Shown here piece by piece: positions 19,926 to 29,574 of a DNA stretch of 64,000 bases (the first letter of the stretch is position 1; each line of letters begins with the position of its first letter). The stretch covers positions 5,900-69,899 of the forward strand of contig JAYVFR010000021.1 in the NCBI GenBank assembly GCA_043772945.1, written 5' to 3'. The notes under the pieces were generated by a model. That model was not told the DNA's origin. It saw nothing but the letters and a program-made list of their open reading frames with translations, and did no database searches. The position numbers and the translations under genes were made by a program. The stretch is from Minisyncoccota bacterium. GTDB taxonomy: Bacteria; Patescibacteriota; JACMRA01.

Positions 19926-21261
19926 ACAAATGACTAAGCAAGAAGAAAAGTTCTTGGAGCTTTATAATAAACTAAACCCAAATCAAAAAAAATCAGTTGA
20001 CACAATAGAAGGTGTAGTAATTGTGAATGCTGGCCCTGGAACTGGTAAGACTCAACTTCTTTCTCTCCGTGTGGCTAATATTTTAAGGCAAACTGACACT
20101 AATCCTTACAATATTCTTTGCTTAAGTTATTCTGATGCCGCAGCTCGCAATATGAGAGAAAGGCTTGTTGGTATGATAGGGTTTGAAGGGAATAAAGTTG
20201 GAATTTATACTTTTCATTCTCTTGGGGTTGAGATAATTAATCAGAATCCTGAATATTTTTTTGGAGGAAGTGTTTTTATACCAATTGATTCAGTAGGGCA
20301 AAGGCAGATTTTAAACAAAATTTTTGATAAACTACCAAATAATAATTCTCTGAATAGTTATCATCCTAGCATGGGTTATACTTATCTAAAAACTTGCGAA
20401 AAATATATTGGAAACTTGAAACAAAATGGTTTATCAGTCAATGAAATTAAACAAATTTTAAGTTTAAATAAAGAATATTTAGATTCTGTTGAAAAGCTTT
20501 TTGAAAATGTTTTTGATACTAGGATTAGTGGAGTTACAACATTAGAATTAATTAAAATATTTGGCGAATTATCAGCCTTAAATCTTGTTAATCAGTATGT
20601 TAAAGCAGGGCAAAGTATTTTTTGGCATTATAATCTTCATAATCAAATCTTGGAGTCTCTTAAGGACTGTTTGGAAGAAGTCCAAGTTTCTTTAAAAACT
20701 AATGCAATAACTAAATGGAGAGATAAATTCTTTGCTAAAAATAAAGCTGGGCAATACAAATTTATTGACTTATTAAATTATGAGAAACACTTAGCTTTTA
20801 GTAATATTTATCAAGATTATCAAAATGAATTAAAACATAAAGGATACTATGATTACAATGATATGTTAATGGAAGTAATTAATGCTCTTGAAAACTGTGA
20901 TTTTAGTGAGCTTAAATTTAATCTTCAGGAGAGGTATCAGTATATTTTAGTTGATGAATTTCAAGATTCTAATGGGGTGCAAATTAGATTAATTGAGAAT
21001 TTATTAAGTACTTTTGGAGCTGATGATAATCCAAATATTTTAATCGTTGGAGATCCTAAACAAGCAATTTATAAGTTTCAAGGAGCTTTGGGTGGGAATA
21101 TTGGTGAGTTTGCAAGTAGGTATAGCAATAGTAAGTTGATTAATTTAGATATTAATTATCGCTCGAACCAAGAAATTCTAGACCTAGCCCAAAAAATTAT
21201 TGACTTATCAGTTGAGATAGATTCAGAGTTTCGCATGCAACTTAAGGCTGTAAAGTTATAA
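19918..21261 (+). CDS. UvrD/Rep-family helicase, N-terminal half only (motifs I-IV)
   Basis: NAGPGTGKTQ (Walker A), YILVDEFQDSN (motif II), ILIVGDPKQAIYKFQGA (III) and NYRSNQEIL (IV). The ORF ends at 447 aa, so motifs V and VI are absent. Its ATG overlaps the bcp stop (ATGATTAA). Confidence 0.8.
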   Translation: MIKQMTKQEEKFLELYNKLNPNQKKSVDTIEGVVIVNAGPGTGKTQLLSLRVANILRQTDTNPYNILCLSYSDAAARNMRERLVGMIGFEGNKVGIYTFHSLGVEIINQNPEYFFGGSVFIPIDSVGQRQILNKIFDKLPNNNSLNSYHPSMGYTYLKTCEKYIGNLKQNGLSVNEIKQILSLNKEYLDSVEKLFENVFDTRISGVTTLELIKIFGELSALNLVNQYVKAGQSIFWHYNLHNQILESLKDCLEEVQVSLKTNAITKWRDKFFAKNKAGQYKFIDLLNYEKHLAFSNIYQDYQNELKHKGYYDYNDMLMEVINALENCDFSELKFNLQERYQYILVDEFQDSNGVQIRLIENLLSTFGADDNPNILIVGDPKQAIYKFQGALGGNIGEFASRYSNSKLINLDINYRSNQEILDLAQKIIDLSVEIDSEFRMQLKAVKL

Positions 21262-21406
21262 CTTTTAAAGTTTTGTAGTGTGTTTTAGTTAAAGTTAGGA
21301 AGCTTATATGTATTATTTTTTTTCTGGGTGGGAGGCAATGTATTACAATCTAAATGTTTTCAGAGTTTCTAAAAAATAGATGTATAGTTTAAAATACCGT
21401 TTTAAT

Positions 21407-22375
21407 TTATGCTTTTCTAATAAGGGTCTTGTGGTATAAACTTAAAATCCAATTATTCCAAAATTCAAGATCTGGCCTTGGCAAGTTGTTTGGGATTTTT
21501 TGGATCCTTTCAAACTCCTCATAAAGCTTTTCTTGGACTTCTTCAAAGAAAATTTGTCCTAACTTCACAGCTAAAATATAGTTACAATTTGGAACTGGGA
21601 AGGTTAGTTTACCTTCTAATAGCAACTGCTCCCACTCGTAAATCAAGCGAAAGGCATGGCTGTATGCTTTCCAATCAATACCTCCATCAGCTTTATTTTG
21701 CTTTGATCGGTCTCCATACTGATTTAATCGTTTGATTAGAGTAGGCAAACACTCTTTGATATATTTATCAGTTTGTAAAATCATTCCAAGGCAAGACAAA
21801 CGCTGTTCATCTGGCAATTCAAGATTGTTAATATGTTTATATATTTGAGTATACGTATATTTAGTTTGCTTTAATGTACAAAGACAATCTTTTAATTTTG
21901 AATTTCTGTTTTGCATTTCAAACCATGTAATTACTCGCTCTAACTCTTGTAATCTCACACCTCGGAGCGAATATTTTTGACTTTGAGTAAAAGCATATCC
22001 AATAAACGGACTAAGATCATTTGATTGTAATTTCTCTCTATTGATTTGAATAAATTCCCAAGTAGGGCTAGATTCCAGGATTTTATTCTGCGGTATGTAA
22101 AGTAACTCTAAAGCGTAGGTCCGCCCTTTAATACAGTCTTTGATAAAAGTTCTAAGCTCTTTTAGTTCAGTATCAACGTCTTCGCTTGTATTTCTACTAT
22201 CTGATTTATTAGTAGTAAAATTAATATTTTTAGGAGCTGTTTCTAGAATAATATCGTCAAGGCTAGCTTGAAACACTCCCTTATAATCCATGTCAGATTT
22301 GGGAGTGCTAAGCCCAAAGAGATGTGAACCTGTTAAGGCTTTTACGATTATTTTTAAGTTTTGGGTATTAAGCAC
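21407..22375 (-). CDS. RlaP-like (PF10127-type) Pol-beta superfamily nucleotidyltransferase
   Basis: LTGSHLFGLSTPKSDMDYKGVF matches the GSxxxGxxxxxSDxDxxGV nucleotidyltransferase start of YcgL/RlaP proteins. The GTG start overlaps the stop of the upstream cca-like gene by 8 nt. Confidence 0.65.
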   Translation of the reverse strand: MLNTQNLKIIVKALTGSHLFGLSTPKSDMDYKGVFQASLDDIILETAPKNINFTTNKSDSRNTSEDVDTELKELRTFIKDCIKGRTYALELLYIPQNKILESSPTWEFIQINREKLQSNDLSPFIGYAFTQSQKYSLRGVRLQELERVITWFEMQNRNSKLKDCLCTLKQTKYTYTQIYKHINNLELPDEQRLSCLGMILQTDKYIKECLPTLIKRLNQYGDRSKQNKADGGIDWKAYSHAFRLIYEWEQLLLEGKLTFPVPNCNYILAVKLGQIFFEEVQEKLYEEFERIQKIPNNLPRPDLEFWNNWILSLYHKTLIRKA

Positions 22376-23447
22376 TTTGATTATGGTTAATTAGATTTAT
22401 TTTCTTCCCAGCATCGTCGTGTTGTTTTAAAACACATTCAGGCTTTAGGTGGTTTAGAATTGTATCATGGATAAACTCTTTGCGAGTATTAGAAAATTTA
22501 AGATAATTAGAAACTTTAAGGGACATTTCGGCTCCTAGAAGTTCATGGTTGATGTAATTGCTATGCCCTTTGAGATTTTCGGTTCTAGCAAAGGGTTTGG
22601 CAATATCGTGTAGTAAAGCACTCCATCGCAAATCCAGATTGTCTGTGGGGCAATTTTCAACTACATTACAAGTATGCTCCCAAAGCGTGAAGTCATGCCA
22701 AGGTGAATTTTGGTTATAGTCCTTTTGCAAAGCTATTTCTGGAATAATCACACTTAAAATTCCGCTGTCCATCAATAGATTTAAACCAACTTTAATATTT
22801 TCAAAGCCTAAGATTTTATCAAGTTCAATCACCCAACGTTCTTTGGAGACTCGTAGTAGTTCAAACTTCATTTTACAAACATATTCCCAAGTTTTAGCTT
22901 CAATCTCTAAATCATATTTGGTCCCAAATCTAATGGCTCGTAATATTCGCAGCGGATCTTCTTTGAATCGCTGTTTAGGAATACCAACGCATCGCAGGAT
23001 TTTATCTTTTAAATCTTGTTGCCCGCCAAAATAGTCTTTAATATTATAATTTTTATCCATTGCTAGAGAATTGATTGTAAAGTCTCGCCTTGATAAATCT
23101 TCTTTGAGATCGTCAATAAAATTAACAGTAGGTTTACGTGATCGGGCTAAAGTGCTTTTGGTTAACTGATCATATTCTTCGCCTCTATAAGTTGTAACTT
23201 CTACATATTCATATTGATTATTTTCTAGTTCGAGTTTCATGCCAATAGTTCCAAACTTCTTGCCAATACAATAGGCTTTACCTCCACTAGCAACGATTCG
23301 AGCCTCAACCTCATCTGGTAAAAGTGCTGTTGCAAAATCATAGTCTTTAGGCTCATGTCCTAAAAGATGATCACGCACAGAGCCACCAACTAGGTAGATT
23401 GGAGCTTGGATTATATCATTGATTTGATTTATTATTTGATTGTTCAT
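22368..23447 (-). CDS. cca: CCA-adding enzyme / poly(A) polymerase family nucleotidyltransferase with an HD domain
   Basis: YLVGGSVRDHLLGHEPKDYDFAT, RDFTINSLAM and the HD motif ALLHDIAKP. Confidence 0.8.
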   Translation of the reverse strand: MNNQIINQINDIIQAPIYLVGGSVRDHLLGHEPKDYDFATALLPDEVEARIVASGGKAYCIGKKFGTIGMKLELENNQYEYVEVTTYRGEEYDQLTKSTLARSRKPTVNFIDDLKEDLSRRDFTINSLAMDKNYNIKDYFGGQQDLKDKILRCVGIPKQRFKEDPLRILRAIRFGTKYDLEIEAKTWEYVCKMKFELLRVSKERWVIELDKILGFENIKVGLNLLMDSGILSVIIPEIALQKDYNQNSPWHDFTLWEHTCNVVENCPTDNLDLRWSALLHDIAKPFARTENLKGHSNYINHELLGAEMSLKVSNYLKFSNTRKEFIHDTILNHLKPECVLKQHDDAGKKINLINHNQSA

Positions 23448-23484
23448 AGTTGAGAACTAGATATGCCAATTAAATATTAACATA

Positions 23485-23994
23485 CTAGATATCTTCAAGT
23501 AATTGCTCTATATCTGTTATTAGGTCTTTTGGTTCTGTAGTTGGGGCAAATCTTTTAAACGGAATACCATGTCTACTAATTAGAAATTTCCCGAAATTCC
23601 ACTTGATATCCTTAGTTCCTAAAATGCCTGGAAGAGAGTTTTTGAGGTATTTAAAAATTGGATCAGCGCCTTCGCCATTAACATTAACTTTATGGGTAAT
23701 TAAAAAATTTACACCATAATTTACGAGGCATTGCTCACTAATTTCAACAGCATTTCCAGGCTCTTGACCACCGAATTGATTACAAGGAAAACCTATAACA
23801 ACAAGCCCTTCATCCTTATAGGCTTGATAAAGTTCTTGGAGTCCTTTGTATTGTGGGGTTAATCCGCATTTGCTAGCTGTATTAACAATTAAAATAACTT
23901 TGCCTTTGAAGTCATTCAAATCAATTGTTTTGTTTTGGAGAGAGATGGTTTTAAAATCATAAATATTTTTGGAATTATTAGGCATTTGAGACAT
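23485..23994 (-). CDS. gpx: glutathione peroxidase family protein
   Basis: NTASKCGLTPQY, FPCNQFGGQEPG and IKWNFGKFLI. Confidence 0.9.
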   Translation of the reverse strand: MSQMPNNSKNIYDFKTISLQNKTIDLNDFKGKVILIVNTASKCGLTPQYKGLQELYQAYKDEGLVVIGFPCNQFGGQEPGNAVEISEQCLVNYGVNFLITHKVNVNGEGADPIFKYLKNSLPGILGTKDIKWNFGKFLISRHGIPFKRFAPTTEPKDLITDIEQLLEDI

Positions 23995-24120
23995 AGGTCA
24001 ATTAGTAACTTTTATTAACAGTTTGTCAAAATGTTAAATTTTCTTGACCAAACAAGATAGTTCTCACTTGATTAATTAATATTATCGCAAATATTATTAT
24101 TAATTTTTATTCTATTTTTT

Positions 24121-25176
24121 ATGCTTTCTGTCGGACTTGTTGGACTTCCTAACGCTGGTAAATCAACTCTTTTCAACCTTTTGACAGCGCGGTCTGTACC
24201 TGCTGAAAACTTTCCTTTTTGTACTATTGAGCCAGCTGACGGGATAGTGGAAGTGACGGATTATCGAATTAAAAAATTAGCTGAAATTGTAAAAGCTAAA
24301 AAAGAAGTTTATTCAATGATAGAGTTTAAAGATATTGCAGGACTTGTTAAAAACGCTCATCAAGGTGCGGGACTTGGGAATCAATTTCTTAGTCATATTC
24401 GCGAGTGCGATATGATTTTAATGGTAATTCGGTGCTTTGAGAATGATGATATAATTCATGTTGAGAATCGGGTAGATCCTAATGATGACGCTGAAATTTT
24501 GATGCTTGAGCTTAGTATGGCTGATCAAAATTCAGTAGAGAAAATGATTCCACGATTAGAAAAAGAACTAAAAACAGGCAAAGATAAATTAGGAAATGTT
24601 AAAATTGAATTACTCCAAAAAATTCAAAAAGCCCTTAATGATATAATTCCAGCTTCCACAGTTACTAACCCTGAGAACTGCGATGTTGAGGTTGTTAAAT
24701 GGCGTAAAAGTTTAAATCTTTTAACTGATAAACCTGTGATTAGACTTGCAAATATTAATTATGATGGTAAAAATGTTGAGTTTAAGGCAGATTTTGAGCT
24801 TGATATTAAGGCAGAGAGCGAGCTTGCCGACTTAACTCGCGAGGAGAGAATTGAGCTTGGGGCGAATGAAAAAAGTGGACTTGATAGAATGATTACTGCT
24901 TGCTACCAAACTCTGGGGCTTGCATCTTTTCTAACTGCAGGTGAGATTGAAGCTCGTAGTTGGACTTTTAGACAAGGAATAACAGCAAGTCAATGTGCTG
25001 GAATTATTCATACTGATTTTGAAAAAAAGTTTATTAAAGCCGAAGTTATTAGCTATGAAGATTTTATAACTTTAGGGAGTAGAAAGGTTTGTATAGAAAA
25101 CGGAAAGGCACGTCAAGAAGGTCGGGATTACTTAATGCAGGATGGGGATGTGGTGGAATTTAAAATCGGAGGGTAA
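24121..25176 (+). CDS. ychF: ribosome-binding ATPase YchF
   Basis: GLVGLPNAGKSTLFNLLT, the DIAGLVKNAHQGAGLGNQFL G-motifs and a C-terminal TGS-like domain. Confidence 0.9.
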   Translation: MLSVGLVGLPNAGKSTLFNLLTARSVPAENFPFCTIEPADGIVEVTDYRIKKLAEIVKAKKEVYSMIEFKDIAGLVKNAHQGAGLGNQFLSHIRECDMILMVIRCFENDDIIHVENRVDPNDDAEILMLELSMADQNSVEKMIPRLEKELKTGKDKLGNVKIELLQKIQKALNDIIPASTVTNPENCDVEVVKWRKSLNLLTDKPVIRLANINYDGKNVEFKADFELDIKAESELADLTREERIELGANEKSGLDRMITACYQTLGLASFLTAGEIEARSWTFRQGITASQCAGIIHTDFEKKFIKAEVISYEDFITLGSRKVCIENGKARQEGRDYLMQDGDVVEFKIGG

Positions 25177-25200
25177 TAAAATCCCCAAAGCGGAGTTTTA

Positions 25201-25232
25201 AAAATAAAATCCCCAAACTTGATAATTTAGGG
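25201..25232 (-). terminator. intrinsic terminator, family T1 copy (minus strand: CCCTAAA-TTATCAAG-TTTGGGG-ATTTTATTTT)
   Basis: Homologous to 7213-7243. The G-C pair there is replaced by A-T here (both partners changed). Same 8-nt loop. Lies just 3' of the minus-strand gene 25251-25934. Confidence 0.55.
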
Positions 25233-25250
25233 AAATAAACGGAATTTTAA

Positions 25251-25934
25251 CTACTTTGGCTGAACATGTACCGATGATTGTCTTGGGCTTGTGTGATTCG
25301 AATCAATCCATATCGATAAAGCATGCATGAGGGCAAATGGCAGGGCTATAATGACAAAGATTAAGAGTAATAAATCTCCAAGAGTTCCTTTAGTATCGTC
25401 TTTAGTCTCATCTTTTTTGATTATGTTTGGATTACCTTTATTGTACTCATATTGAACAACAAATTTACTGTAAAAAGAAAGTAAATATAGGCCTTCTGGA
25501 GTATTGACTTCTTTTAAAAAAAAGATTATTTCACGTTCATTAGGGCTGAATTTTAAGTTTAATTCAGTGATTAAATCGAGGCTCTCAGTATCATAAAAAC
25601 TACCTACAATGTTAAGAATTTTTTTGTCACTTTTACGCTTTGGAGCATTTTTGTTAGTACCTTTTTCTAAAACTTTCAATACTTTTTCAAAAGAAGATTT
25701 TTTTAGTAGTATTTCAAATCTGTCAGACTGCAGATCACACCAACTTTTAGGGTTAAATTCTCGCAAAGTTTTACAAAGTCTTTTCATTGATGCTTCACGA
25801 GCATAATTAGTACCATTACTATAATTATTTAGTACGTGATAAAAAATTATTATAAAAGCTTTTGTTTCATCACTAAGGTTTAGATTTTTGATTTGAGGGT
25901 TAGCAAGAATGCTTGAAAGACTTGAGTTATTCAT
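25251..25934 (-). CDS. hypothetical protein with a C-terminal TM anchor
   Basis: 227-aa ORF with the hydrophobic LLLLIFVIIALPFALMHAL near the C-terminus. Confidence 0.5.
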   Translation of the reverse strand: MNNSSLSSILANPQIKNLNLSDETKAFIIIFYHVLNNYSNGTNYAREASMKRLCKTLREFNPKSWCDLQSDRFEILLKKSSFEKVLKVLEKGTNKNAPKRKSDKKILNIVGSFYDTESLDLITELNLKFSPNEREIIFFLKEVNTPEGLYLLSFYSKFVVQYEYNKGNPNIIKKDETKDDTKGTLGDLLLLIFVIIALPFALMHALSIWIDSNHTSPRQSSVHVQPK

Positions 25935-26015
25935 TATGTCGACCTCGAACTTCTGTTCAAAATAGTGTTTCCACTAGAAATCATTTTATACTTTTTTGCA
26001 ATTGGCAAATGCAAG

Positions 26016-27458
26016 CTATTTCCTGATGCAGTAATCAACTAAGGAAGCCACGCCATAGCCTGTAGCAAGTCCTTTTGAATCTTCTACTGGCCCTGCTACG
26101 TCAATGTGAGCAGTTGGGATGTAATCATTTAATCCCTCAGGACGATTTTTTTTCCATAATTTAGGTTGGCTAGTTTGCATCACAAAAGAAGCTGCTGTCT
26201 GAGAACCTCCTTGCCTAGATTTATAGGTACTAGTGTTAATTAAATCTGCAAGACCAGATGGATCAGTAATTTTAGATTCGGCAATTTTAGGAATTACTCC
26301 TTTAACAACTTCTTCTTGTTGATTTAAAAAAGACTCATAAAGTTCATTTTGAAGCTTGTTGTTATTACTAAAAATTGGAGCAACATCAAAAGTAAACGCC
26401 ATCATAGAGTGTCCTGTTAGAGTTGCTAGGGTTGTAATTTCAGAAGGTTTGTAAGTCATTATACCCCAAGGAGCAACATCGCCGAGAGTTAGCCTTCCTT
26501 CAGCATCAGTATTATAAACATTTACAGTTTGCCCAACAATGTTTTCTAAAATATCACCTGGGTGAAAAGCGCTTTCATTGAGACCATTCTCAACCATTCC
26601 AGAAATAAAAACAAATTTAGTATTCTCACTTCTCTCAAGATGAGCAAGAGATAAAGCAGTCCCAAAAACAATTGCACTCCCACCCATATCAATATGCATG
26701 CCCAAGGAATGACCTCCTTCTTTAATATTTATTCCGCCATTATCAAAAGTTAAACCTTTCCCTACAAATAGCTTAGTGTCTTTAACTTCTCCTTGTGGCA
26801 AAATCTCAATTGAAACTAGATTATACCCATGTTTACTAGCACGGCCGACTGCACTAAACCAATTCATTTCTAAATTATCAATAGCTTCTTTATCTAAAAT
26901 TGTGAGTTTAACACTATGACCAAATGAAGCAAATTTATCAGTCAAAATTCTAGGATAAGATTCTGGGTGCAATTGATCAGCTCTCATGTTCAATAAATCT
27001 TTGCAAAAACTTTGACCTAAAGTAACAGCATCACTAAATTCTAAAACTGAACTCGAAGTCTCTCTAAGGAAGTTAATCTGTCTTCTGATCTCTAGGTTTT
27101 CTGCATTTTCTTTAAGCTTGCTTGAAGCTTTATATTCAGATGCTCTTATTCCTAGAATTAATTTTTGAATATTCAAGTTAGTTAAATCGTTGTTGTCTAT
27201 GCTTATTACTTCAATCTCATCTCTTAAATAATCTTTAACAGACAAACCAAGCTCATAATAATTAGTTTTACTAAAATCATTGATTGACAAATTCTTAGCT
27301 TCGTATTCTGTTCCTAAGTAAAGAGTTTTAGTGTTGTAATTATAGACTTTTTCACCACTTTTGGCCTTAAATTTCATCTCATTAAAAAAATCTAATTCAG
27401 AATGAGTGTTTAATTGCTTTACATTTACAAATGATAAATTTAAAATTGTGCTGGACAT
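26016..27458 (-). CDS. pepA: leucyl aminopeptidase (M17)
   Basis: VYNTDAEGRLTLGD signature plus the metal-site context GKGLTFDNGG. Confidence 0.85.
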   Translation of the reverse strand: MSSTILNLSFVNVKQLNTHSELDFFNEMKFKAKSGEKVYNYNTKTLYLGTEYEAKNLSINDFSKTNYYELGLSVKDYLRDEIEVISIDNNDLTNLNIQKLILGIRASEYKASSKLKENAENLEIRRQINFLRETSSSVLEFSDAVTLGQSFCKDLLNMRADQLHPESYPRILTDKFASFGHSVKLTILDKEAIDNLEMNWFSAVGRASKHGYNLVSIEILPQGEVKDTKLFVGKGLTFDNGGINIKEGGHSLGMHIDMGGSAIVFGTALSLAHLERSENTKFVFISGMVENGLNESAFHPGDILENIVGQTVNVYNTDAEGRLTLGDVAPWGIMTYKPSEITTLATLTGHSMMAFTFDVAPIFSNNNKLQNELYESFLNQQEEVVKGVIPKIAESKITDPSGLADLINTSTYKSRQGGSQTAASFVMQTSQPKLWKKNRPEGLNDYIPTAHIDVAGPVEDSKGLATGYGVASLVDYCIRK

Positions 27459-27646
27459 AGAATTGTGGGTTTATTATTTTAGTGTTTTTAAAATAGGTAA
27501 ATAAATCTAATGTAAAAATATTTTTTTGGCAAAGGTAATTCAAAATGGTCTAAAATATTAATATTATTAAAAAAGACCAACCAGAGTTAACCAGTCAGTT
27601 TTTTTTATTTTTAAGTTTACCAAAGTTTTTTGAAAAGTCTTTGGAA

Positions 27647-28168
27647 CTATTTAATAGAAATTAGCTCCACCTCAAAAATTAAATCTGCTTTAGGAGGAAT
27701 AGCTCCTGGAATTCCTTGTTCTCCATACGCTAATTGGTAAGGGATAGTTAGTTTACGAACTCCTCCAATTTTCATTCCTGGAATTCCTTGATCCCAACCT
27801 GGGATTACTTTTCCAACTCCAATTTTAGTGGTGAAAGTCTTATTGCGGTCTTTGGAACTGTCAAATTTTGTTCCGTCAGTTAAAGTTCCTGTGTAGTGAA
27901 ATTCAGCAGATTGACCACTAGCAAGCTCAGCACCTTCTCCTATTTTGATTTCATCGATTTGTACTTTAAAATTTGTTAAATCTGGTTGTTGTGTATTCAT
28001 ATTTGGATTGTTAGTATTATTGGATTTACTACTTGATGTAGCTGTTTTAGATTCAGACGAGTTTTTTGAATTTTGAAAAGTCTCAGGTTTATAAAGGCTA
28101 TATCCAAAGATACAAATAACCAGTACTAAACACGTAGCTATGATGATTTTGGGGATTGAATTAGGCAT
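27647..28168 (-). CDS. membrane-anchored FKBP-type peptidyl-prolyl isomerase
   Basis: HYTGTLTDGTKFDSS...VIPGWDQGIPGMKIGGVRKLTIP...LIFEVELISI. Confidence 0.85.
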   Translation of the reverse strand: MPNSIPKIIIATCLVLVICIFGYSLYKPETFQNSKNSSESKTATSSSKSNNTNNPNMNTQQPDLTNFKVQIDEIKIGEGAELASGQSAEFHYTGTLTDGTKFDSSKDRNKTFTTKIGVGKVIPGWDQGIPGMKIGGVRKLTIPYQLAYGEQGIPGAIPPKADLIFEVELISIK

Positions 28169-28189
28169 AAAAGAAATTTATTATTTTTA

Positions 28190-28537
28190 TTATATTGGCA
28201 TTGGGTTTTGGAGCTTGGGTCCAGTTTCCGCCTCATTAAACTCACTCAAATAAAACTCTTTATTTCCCCCGATATATTTACCGTCTATAAAGATTTGAGG
28301 TTTAGTTGGAAATTCTTGAAATGGTTTTGGAACCCAGCCGTAACTTAGGGCCAAATCTTTTAAATTTTGGTTATCAAAGTCTTTGTTTAAATAATAAATA
28401 CTATACTTGTTAATGACTGATTTATTAACTAAGGCGTTCATCAAATGCTCTGAAGCTTCACAAAAAGGACAGTTGTCTTTATAAAAAATTACATTTTTGG
28501 TTTCTGCGATTTCTTTTATTTGCTCTAAGGCTAACAT
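28190..28537 (-). CDS. glutaredoxin-like thioredoxin-fold protein
   Basis: CPFC redox motif early in a roughly 115-aa protein. The later PQIFIDGKYIGG is typical of glutaredoxins. Confidence 0.6.
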   Translation of the reverse strand: MLALEQIKEIAETKNVIFYKDNCPFCEASEHLMNALVNKSVINKYSIYYLNKDFDNQNLKDLALSYGWVPKPFQEFPTKPQIFIDGKYIGGNKEFYLSEFNEAETGPKLQNPMPI

Positions 28538-28606
28538 ATTTTTTAAAATTATTCAGTTTGTAAAAAACTAAATTTAAATAACTTTAAAACTATTTTTACG
28601 TCAAAT

Positions 28607-29470
28607 CTAAATTTGCCCTACCATTAAATACTTTTGGAGATTGTAATTAATAAAATCACTTAATTTATGGCTGTGAAATTTTTGCTCTATTGCTATTATT
28701 TCGTCTTGGCTTATTTGGTTTACATGCTGCCAAATATTTATAAATAGATTGTGAGCGATATTTTCAGGGTTTGTCCTGCTACCAATATTGTATTGGTTTG
28801 ATTTGTGCAATATGTTTTTGAAATCTTCTCTAGTTCCAATAATGTGATTATGTTTCATAATAATTTGAACTTTAGTATTTTCAACAAGATTGTAACTCCT
28901 CTCTAAAATATAGCTATTTGGAATAATTGCTTTTAATTCTCGGTAGCTTAGAGATCCTGGCTCTGTAATGTTAACATTGTTATTTTTAATTTGAATTCTT
29001 GTTGCACTAATTCCACTTAAATTTTGGTTTAAAATTATTGGTTGCAAAAATTGACTGAAATAACTATTTAGCATGTTTAAGTTGCTAGCTGGAGGTAGCT
29101 TGCGAACACTTGCAGGGGTTATAAACAAATTACCGTCATGAGCTTCTAGAAACTTAATTACTTTGGGGTTCGTGGAGTAGTTATGAAGGAGGTTGCTTGA
29201 ATCCTGAAATTGTAAATAATCAGAAATAATACTTTGCCAACTATTAATAAGCCAAGAAGGGAGGTTTGAGTTGATTAAATTATTTGAGTGCCATAATGTT
29301 TCAACATCTACGTGTCTCATTAAAACCGATTCAAATCTTTTTTTAGCAATTGTGCTATTATTTTCAGTACAAGCAAGGTAATAAATACCGTTAATCGGTA
29401 GTATAATAAGGTTTTTTTCGGAGAAGGTCATAAATTTAGCTAGTGAGTTATACTTGTTTAACGATAGCAT
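28607..29470 (-). CDS. hypothetical protein, possibly a divergent YrdC/Sua5-fold protein
   Basis: LIILPINGIYYLAC... and ...GISATRIQIKNNNVNITEPGSLSYRELKAI loosely parallel the YrdC motifs (PTxTxYGL, GxxSTIxD...RxGxI). Tentative. Confidence 0.3.
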   Translation of the reverse strand: MLSLNKYNSLAKFMTFSEKNLIILPINGIYYLACTENNSTIAKKRFESVLMRHVDVETLWHSNNLINSNLPSWLINSWQSIISDYLQFQDSSNLLHNYSTNPKVIKFLEAHDGNLFITPASVRKLPPASNLNMLNSYFSQFLQPIILNQNLSGISATRIQIKNNNVNITEPGSLSYRELKAIIPNSYILERSYNLVENTKVQIIMKHNHIIGTREDFKNILHKSNQYNIGSRTNPENIAHNLFINIWQHVNQISQDEIIAIEQKFHSHKLSDFINYNLQKYLMVGQI

Positions 29471-29574
29471 AGTTTTGACCTTTCAACAAGAAACCTTAGC
29501 GTAATAATATTCCAACCTAATAATACCTTTAAACCAATACTAATCAAACAGAATAGATTTTGTATAATTTTTTT

